From the IMG/VR virus record IMGVR_UViG_3300035696_000002: a DNA stretch of 64,000 bases; one strand, written 5' to 3'. Every line of letters begins with the position of its first letter. Position 1 is the first letter of the stretch. The DNA is from a virus (taxonomy: Duplodnaviria > Heunggongvirae > Uroviricota > Caudoviricetes). A model generated the notes under the pieces. The model was not told where the DNA came from. It saw only the letters and a program-made list of their open reading frames with translations, and made no database searches. The translations under genes were made by a program, and so were the position numbers. Positions 58,098-64,000 of the stretch are shown piece by piece.

Positions 58098-58784
58098 TTA
58101 GATCGTGTAGAGCAGCGAAGGCCCAGTTACATCGCCCGGCCCAAGACCGCTGTCCAAGAACTCGCCGTAGACCGATCCCGATACGTCGAAAATGTCGGTG
58201 ACCGTCACGCCGCAATCTTCTGTGACCGCTGCCGTCTCAACCGCGTAGGTCGTCGAGTATGAGTCCATCCAGCAGCCTTCGTACACCGTCGCGACAGCGA
58301 CGAGAGGAGGCCCCTGCACGTTCCCGTTACCGAGGTTGTTCAAGCCGCCTTCGTTGGAGATGTCGGCCAACGTAGCGTCGCCCACGTTCGGGGCGTCAGT
58401 GGCAAGCTGCGAGAAGACGATTTCCGTCTTGATGTCGAACGGCCAGCGGTGATGCTTCAAAGAACGAACGGCACCGCTGATGCCCGCCTTGTAGCCGAGA
58501 ACCTGCATCAGGTTCGACAGGTACAGGCAGGTACGAGTGATCGCCAGCGTCGTCGGAGCAGTCACGGACGGAACCAGTTCTGCAACTTGGTCGCCGTAGC
58601 CGAGGCCGCGAACCGGGTCAACTGTCTTCGACTCGTTGATACCGAAAGATGAGGTAACGCCCAGCTTTACGAACCGACCCACATCAACCGCGTCCGTGAA
58701 AATCTTGAAACGACTAGAGATAACGGACTCAGTCTGCGGGGAGGCCCCTTGCCGGAATACGTAACCGCCAGAAATACTTGGCAT
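58098..58784 (-). CDS. Tail tube protein
   Basis: VRGLGYG...ELVP...RSLKHHRWPFDI...TVYEGCWMDSYS; downstream of the sheath. Confidence 0.75.
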   Translation of the reverse strand: MPSISGGYVFRQGASPQTESVISSRFKIFTDAVDVGRFVKLGVTSSFGINESKTVDPVRGLGYGDQVAELVPSVTAPTTLAITRTCLYLSNLMQVLGYKAGISGAVRSLKHHRWPFDIKTEIVFSQLATDAPNVGDATLADISNEGGLNNLGNGNVQGPPLVAVATVYEGCWMDSYSTTYAVETAAVTEDCGVTVTDIFDVSGSVYGEFLDSGLGPGDVTGPSLLYTI

Positions 58785-58964
58785 ATTGTTTCTCCCTGCC
58801 CGATAAAAACGGGCTCTAACTTACCCTGCGTAAATTGCCAACGTAAAATCGCTGGCGAAAACTTCGGGGAACGTCTAACCTTCGTTCCATTTCATCGCAC
58901 GTAACTAACGGCCCTAAGGCAGTGAAACTCCAAGCACGATGACCCGGCTTTTCGTCCCCCGAAC

Positions 58965-60344
58965 TTATTCTGCGGCTGCTGCTACTGACAGGCCGAGGAA
59001 GGAACTCTTCTTACCCTTGACCTTGGCTGCCGCTTCTTCCGATTCTTCTTGGCTCTGCTGCTTCGCGAAGACCTTCACGGCTTCATCGAACATGTCGCCA
59101 GCCTTGTAGATGCCTTCGACGGCCTCACGCACCGGGCGGGAGTCGTTGACTTCCGTCAGGGCCTTGGCTTCGAGGTACATCCCCTTGAGTTGACCACCAA
59201 ACTTCTCGGCTTCCTTAGCAGCCTTGGCAGCAGACATCGCAGCCAGCTTGATTGGAAGCTCTGTGTCCTTGGTCAGCGGGCTGAGCGAGGCCGGAGCCAA
59301 ATCAACCGCTGCGTGGGCCTGTGTGACTTCCTTGATCGCACTGCCCTCGGTCACGTCGCCAGTTGACTGATCCCACGTGAAACCACCACCGCCGCCAGCG
59401 ATCTTCTTCACCTGTGAGATGAAAGTCTCAGCAGCAGCCTTGATGGCAGCCGAGGACTTCTCGTTGTGAATCTTCCACGCTGTGGCATAAGCTTTGTCCG
59501 GCTCGCCCGGATATTCGCTCTTCAACTTGTGCATCGTCTCTTCGCTGATGCCCGGAGGCGTCACAGCAACCTTGGAGGAGGCTGCCATCGGCATCGGTGC
59601 CGCTGCGGCAGGCTGTTCCTTCGGCTGAACTGGACGGCTCTTCAGAATTTCAGTGACTTCGATCAGTGCGTCCTGAAGCTGCTTGTTCGATTCGAAACCT
59701 TCCACCTTGGGAAGTTCTTCGACGATCTTGAGGATCAATTCGGTAGGCAGGGCTTGCAGAGTACCCTTCGATCCAGCCACAGGGCCGGGAGCCGGGGCAG
59801 GGGCGGGAGCGGGTGCGGGAGCCGCAGCAGCCGGGGCCGCAGGAGCGACCTCAGGAGCAGCTTCCTTCTCTTTCTTCTTGGCAGCGACACGAGGAACGGT
59901 GACCTGTTCCGGGGTCTTGGGCTTGCCGCTTTCGTCGCGATCAGTCGTAAACCAATCGGAGCCAGCCGCCTCTTTTTCGTCGGAAGCCATCGCAGGCTGC
60001 CCCACCGGGGCTGGCTGCTGAGTGACCTTTCCGGCCTGTTGTTCCCTACGCCACTTTGCAATCATATTGACCTCATTTTTGATCTGGTTTGCCACTTCCG
60101 GCATCTTCTTGTCGTCCAGATAATCGTACAGCGTTGCCGCACCTTCACCCTGCATCTGCTCGGGCTGTGTGTGCAAAACATCGGACAGGTGCTTCACGAT
60201 TTGTGAAAGCTGTGCCGCCCGTGGGTCGCCATCTGCTTCCCATTGACGAGACAGAGATTCACCAAACTGAACCGCCTGTTCCAGCGTCTCCGGGGAGACG
60301 GCAACATCTGCATTCTTTCGCTGTGCAATCAACTTCGATGCCAT
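58965..60344 (-). CDS. Putative internal head polyprotein
   Basis: KNA/KEA/KVA/KIA/KLA junctions; PPG...KAYATAWK module; Pro/Ala linkers. Confidence 0.65.
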   Translation of the reverse strand: MASKLIAQRKNADVAVSPETLEQAVQFGESLSRQWEADGDPRAAQLSQIVKHLSDVLHTQPEQMQGEGAATLYDYLDDKKMPEVANQIKNEVNMIAKWRREQQAGKVTQQPAPVGQPAMASDEKEAAGSDWFTTDRDESGKPKTPEQVTVPRVAAKKKEKEAAPEVAPAAPAAAAPAPAPAPAPAPGPVAGSKGTLQALPTELILKIVEELPKVEGFESNKQLQDALIEVTEILKSRPVQPKEQPAAAAPMPMAASSKVAVTPPGISEETMHKLKSEYPGEPDKAYATAWKIHNEKSSAAIKAAAETFISQVKKIAGGGGGFTWDQSTGDVTEGSAIKEVTQAHAAVDLAPASLSPLTKDTELPIKLAAMSAAKAAKEAEKFGGQLKGMYLEAKALTEVNDSRPVREAVEGIYKAGDMFDEAVKVFAKQQSQEESEEAAAKVKGKKSSFLGLSVAAAAE

Positions 60345-60353
60345 AGTATCCTC

Positions 60354-60788
60354 TTAAACTGTGATATCCGGGATCACAGGCATCAGCATCATGCTACGCA
60401 ACTGCAACATCGCTTGACGGATCGACTGTTGCATCAGCGTGACCCATGCTGTAGCAGCCTCGCTCGGATTCTGTGTCACACAATCCAGCGGCCCTTGTAC
60501 CGGGGCTGGCTGGTTGGGGTTCTGAGGCCCCGGCAAAGCCAACATAAACTGTGCCGTATAGGACGACAAAGTCGTCGTAATTCCGGCCATAATCTGCGTT
60601 GACGGAAACTGGAACGTAAACGCCGGGTTGTTCGGGTCTGTGAACGAGCCTGCGATGTTAATCTCAGGATCGCCAAAGGCCGCGATCAACGCCTTGTCAT
60701 TCGCGTCAGTCGGTGCACCGACGAAGGTGCATTGCAACTGAATCTGAATGACGCCATTCGCCTGTGTCACGTTCGCGTGTACTTTCAT
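60354..60788 (-). CDS. Hypothetical virion protein
   Basis: 144 aa immediately after the sheath. Confidence 0.6.
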   Translation of the reverse strand: MKVHANVTQANGVIQIQLQCTFVGAPTDANDKALIAAFGDPEINIAGSFTDPNNPAFTFQFPSTQIMAGITTTLSSYTAQFMLALPGPQNPNQPAPVQGPLDCVTQNPSEAATAWVTLMQQSIRQAMLQLRSMMLMPVIPDITV

Positions 60789-60837
60789 TCCTAGCTCCGT
60801 TTAAGTAGCCAAAGGGCGGCTCATGCCGCCCTCAGGG

Positions 60838-63800
60838 TTACAAAGTTGTCGTGACCGTGAAGACCACGCTCAGGTACAGCAAGCTGAAGATCGGCTTGTA
60901 CGTGACCGTGACATCCACAGTTGTCGGATCAGTCGGATCAGGAACGACTGCCAAGTTCTGGTAGCCAGAGATGATCTGGTTGTCCAACAGGGCTTGCAGT
61001 CGAGCGTTGCACACCAACGTGATGTCCGTGATGAGGCTGTCCACGATCTTGCGACCGATGAACTGTGCCAAGTCAGCACGGAAAGCCTGAGCGGTGAAGT
61101 CCGCGATTGTCGTGCAAGTCGGCTCACTCGTGATCGGGTTCGACGGGTCAGTGGACTTGTAGTGACGAACCAGCAACGAACCACTGTTGTTCTTCAGGCA
61201 GATCAAACCATCGGCTGCCATCTGATCCATCGTCGGGTCATCATAAGTGATGAGCAGGCGGCTGAATCCAACAAGGTTTTGATTGGTCAGAGTCGTTGCC
61301 ACGTCGTTGGCCGGGTTGAATTCCAGACCACACAGGGCAGCGGCCATGAACGGGCCGTCAACCGGGTACTCTACGGTGACACCAGTCTGGCTGTCGGTAA
61401 CTTCGACACCAGCCAGCGGCATACCGATAGCGAGCATACGGCTGTTGTGCAGTGCACGTGCATTCGCACGGGCGATTGCCGGAGTCGTGAACTGATCGTA
61501 GCCGACGAAACCGATTGCCTCACCCTTGTTGCGGATGGTCGCCTGAGTAATCAACTGATTGCTCAAGAACTGGTGGACGGTCGGGCTCGTGCTCAACGGG
61601 ATGATACCGTTGGCCTTGTTCGTGCTGCCCGGCAGAGCCACTGTGAGCGACTGGATGGCTGCGATGTAATCAGCATCCGAAGCCAAGTTGGAACCCGGCT
61701 GTTGCGGAACCTGAATTGCACCGAAGGTCTGGACGCCGTTCTGAACCATGAACTGGATACCCAGCGACAGACGGTTGATCGTGCTCGGAGCCCCGTAGGC
61801 TGCGTAAGCGTCGGTCGGATTGGTGTAGATGTGAATCGCCAAGTCCGAAGCCTGCTTCTCAGTCTGGAACGAGACATAGTAGAACTCGCCAACGCTCGGG
61901 TTGTTACCCGACTTGTTGAACGTGCTCACGATGACCGAGTCGCCAGTCGTCGAACCGAAGTTCGAGACCACCGAGAATTTCAGACCGCCGATGCAGACGA
62001 GCGTGTTGGCCTGCGAAGGAGCAACGCCCGGCGAACCGCAGTTGCGGATAGCCGCGTTTGCACCCGTTGCGTCAGCCTTCACGATGTACTGAAGGGTGTC
62101 GCCCGGAGCGAAGGCATAGTTGCCGCCTGCGGGTAATGACTGACCGCCGAAGGCCGGATTCGAAGCATCAGCCGGGTTGACAATCGTGACGCGGAATCCA
62201 GTCGCAACGTCGATGTAGGTCTGGTCGAGGTAGCCAACATTGCTGCCCTGCGAACCGGAACCCTTCGAGTTGGTCGAGGAAACCGTGTAGCTGTGAGTGA
62301 CCGGAACCGTGACCGCGTTGGTGCCGCCAGCGAGATTCGTTGCTGCGGTGACCTGCGGGTTGCCAGCCGTGAAAGTTGCCGTGATCTGACCACCATCCGG
62401 TGTTTCACCGGAGGGGAAGAATCCAGCGATCTGGGCGTTCGTGTTGAGCGAACCATTCCAGAAGGCATAGATCGTGATCTGATCGCCGTTGACAACGACC
62501 GGGATCGGGTTCTGTGTAGTCACGTCGATTGCAACCGAGACATGGTTGCCGCCAGTGCCCGGCGTTGACGCGGTGAACGTCAGTGTGCCGCTGGAACCGG
62601 GGACGGTGACCGTCGCCTGAGATGCAGGAACAAGAACGTTGTTGCCGTCGTGGTTGAAGGTCAGTGTGACCGTCTCATCGACTGCTGCACCAGCCTGAGC
62701 CTGTGCATCACCAGTCTGGAGCGGGTTACCAGCGGAGAAGACGAACGGGTAAACAACGCCCGTGATCGCGAAAGCCGCCGAGGCCGCAACCGTGTTGGTG
62801 CCGCCGATGACGAGCGGGGCCACGCGGCCAAGTTCGTCTGCGACGGTGAAGGTGCCTGCACCCGCATAACCGGGGCTGACAACCGTGACCGAGTACTGAT
62901 GGTCGGTCAGATTGTTGCCGTAGTAAGATGCCCACACGCCGTTGCCGGACGCGGGCGGGTTGTACAGGGTGACCTGCTGTGTGTTTCCGTTGAGACGGGC
63001 GACACGCACCGGGCCAGCGAGGAAAGCTTCCAGCGGATCGGAGCCGACGTAAACATTGATGAGGCTCGGGTCATCGGTTGTGACCGACAGACCGCTGCCA
63101 TCAACAGGCGTGTCTTCCAGAGCGAAGACCGTGTTCTTGCCGTTTACCGCACCCGTGACCGGGCGGAGGTAAAGGTGCTCATCCACCAGCGTGGCGAGAA
63201 CTTCTGCCGGGGTGAAGTTGGCGGATTCTCCGGCTGCGGAGACGCCAATCGCTTCGCTGACCGAAGCACCCCAGTTGATCGTTCCGTTGCCGTCTGCATC
63301 GACGCCAAGGACGTAATCAGTTCCCTGAATGTAGTCCTGACGGTTCGGGCCGAGACCGACCTGAGTGATCGAGGAGACGTGCGATGCCGGAAGCAGATCG
63401 AACGTGTTCTTCCACGTGTTGAAGTAGTATGAAATTGTGAGCGAGATCGCGTTCGCCGGGACAGGCTGAGCCAGAGTGACGAGACCATTCTGTCCATCGA
63501 CTGCGAGGACGCCGACCGGGCTGCCGTTCAGTTGAACGAGCACGTTTGCCGGGTTTGTGGTTGTGACGCCGCCGTTCGTACCATCAGTGATCGGGGCATG
63601 CTTGACTGCGAACACGGTGTTGCTGCTCGGGCCAGAACCGCCAGCCAGAGGAACTGCACCACCAGCAACCAGTGCGGTTGAAGCCACACCCGTGATACCG
63701 CTCACTGTCAGGTAACCCGCATCCAACGTCGGGATACCCGCGTTGATGAGGTTCACGAGGTCTTGCAGGGTACGTGTTGCCGGGCCGGGCTTCGTGATGT

Positions 63801-64000
63801 TGATCGTGATCGCGTCCGAACCTGCACCACTTACTGCCTGAGCATCAGGTGTCGCGACGCCTGTCACGAATTGAATCGTGACCAAGTTGCCGAGTTCGCC
63901 GGGGACTGTGGTGCTGACCGTGACGCTGTTTCCGACAGAAGGTGCGATGACCAGAGAAGCGTAGGACGGAACCTGCGGGAGCAGATTTTCAGGCACGTTG
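60838..64000 (-). CDS. Contractile tail sheath protein with large insertions (5'-truncated)
   Basis: C-terminal sheath hallmarks: G.FMAAALCG, TLTNQ.L.GF, MDQMAADG, FIGRK and VDVTVTYKPIFSLLY. Confidence 0.85.
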   Translation of the reverse strand, partial: NVPENLLPQVPSYASLVIAPSVGNSVTVSTTVPGELGNLVTIQFVTGVATPDAQAVSGAGSDAITINITKPGPATRTLQDLVNLINAGIPTLDAGYLTVSGITGVASTALVAGGAVPLAGGSGPSSNTVFAVKHAPITDGTNGGVTTTNPANVLVQLNGSPVGVLAVDGQNGLVTLAQPVPANAISLTISYYFNTWKNTFDLLPASHVSSITQVGLGPNRQDYIQGTDYVLGVDADGNGTINWGASVSEAIGVSAAGESANFTPAEVLATLVDEHLYLRPVTGAVNGKNTVFALEDTPVDGSGLSVTTDDPSLINVYVGSDPLEAFLAGPVRVARLNGNTQQVTLYNPPASGNGVWASYYGNNLTDHQYSVTVVSPGYAGAGTFTVADELGRVAPLVIGGTNTVAASAAFAITGVVYPFVFSAGNPLQTGDAQAQAGAAVDETVTLTFNHDGNNVLVPASQATVTVPGSSGTLTFTASTPGTGGNHVSVAIDVTTQNPIPVVVNGDQITIYAFWNGSLNTNAQIAGFFPSGETPDGGQITATFTAGNPQVTAATNLAGGTNAVTVPVTHSYTVSSTNSKGSGSQGSNVGYLDQTYIDVATGFRVTIVNPADASNPAFGGQSLPAGGNYAFAPGDTLQYIVKADATGANAAIRNCGSPGVAPSQANTLVCIGGLKFSVVSNFGSTTGDSVIVSTFNKSGNNPSVGEFYYVSFQTEKQASDLAIHIYTNPTDAYAAYGAPSTINRLSLGIQFMVQNGVQTFGAIQVPQQPGSNLASDADYIAAIQSLTVALPGSTNKANGIIPLSTSPTVHQFLSNQLITQATIRNKGEAIGFVGYDQFTTPAIARANARALHNSRMLAIGMPLAGVEVTDSQTGVTVEYPVDGPFMAAALCGLEFNPANDVATTLTNQNLVGFSRLLITYDDPTMDQMAADGLICLKNNSGSLLVRHYKSTDPSNPITSEPTCTTIADFTAQAFRADLAQFIGRKIVDSLITDITLVCNARLQALLDNQIISGYQNLAVVPDPTDPTTVDVTVTYKPIFSLLYLSVVFTVTTTL

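Noticed and set aside
57295-58215. 306-aa minus-strand ORF co-oriented with the structural operon
   Set aside because: The opposite-strand DUF932 gene has a promoter, RBS, family motifs and a terminator.
59780-59850. GC-rich short tandem pattern
   Set aside because: Encodes a Pro/Ala linker (APAPAP); simple low complexity.
60823-63432. Plus-strand ORFs of 437 and 260 aa
   Set aside because: Antisense to the tail sheath with no independent support.
1-64000. Stop-codon reassignment
   Set aside because: Core genes are full length and tile densely under the standard code, and all three stop codons end genes.

Overview
A 64-kb slice of a large, probably jumbo-class, myovirus-type bacteriophage (GC roughly 55-60%), with almost all genes on the minus strand. 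Reading right to left it holds a 5'-truncated tail sheath, tail tube, prohead protease, scaffold, a decoration-like protein, the major capsid protein, adhesin/fibre-like virion proteins and the large terminase. The left end is an accessory region with a SNF2 helicase, glycosyltransferase, pyruvyl transferase and a trypsin-like protease. I saw no tRNA, rRNA, CRISPR array or transposase. The most striking signal is a set of large head-region ORFs (18076, 20118, 25286, 31303, 32512, 50747, 53943, 58965). They read as strings of unrelated small modules separated by a recurring (S/G/E)-x-K-x-A motif. I interpret them as capsid-packaged polyproteins cut by the prohead protease to release effector cargo: GNAT, ART-like, sigma-like, Zn-finger and membrane modules. 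One module has a stand-alone look-alike gene in this same window. Other leads are an orphan structured RNA upstream of the terminase with HEARO/omega-RNA-like words, two recurring phage promoter motifs alongside three sigma-like proteins, a terminase-nuclease-like mini-gene, a catalytically degenerate EndoVII and an antisense sigma70-driven DUF932 cassette. All family assignments come from recognising motifs by eye; no searches were run.
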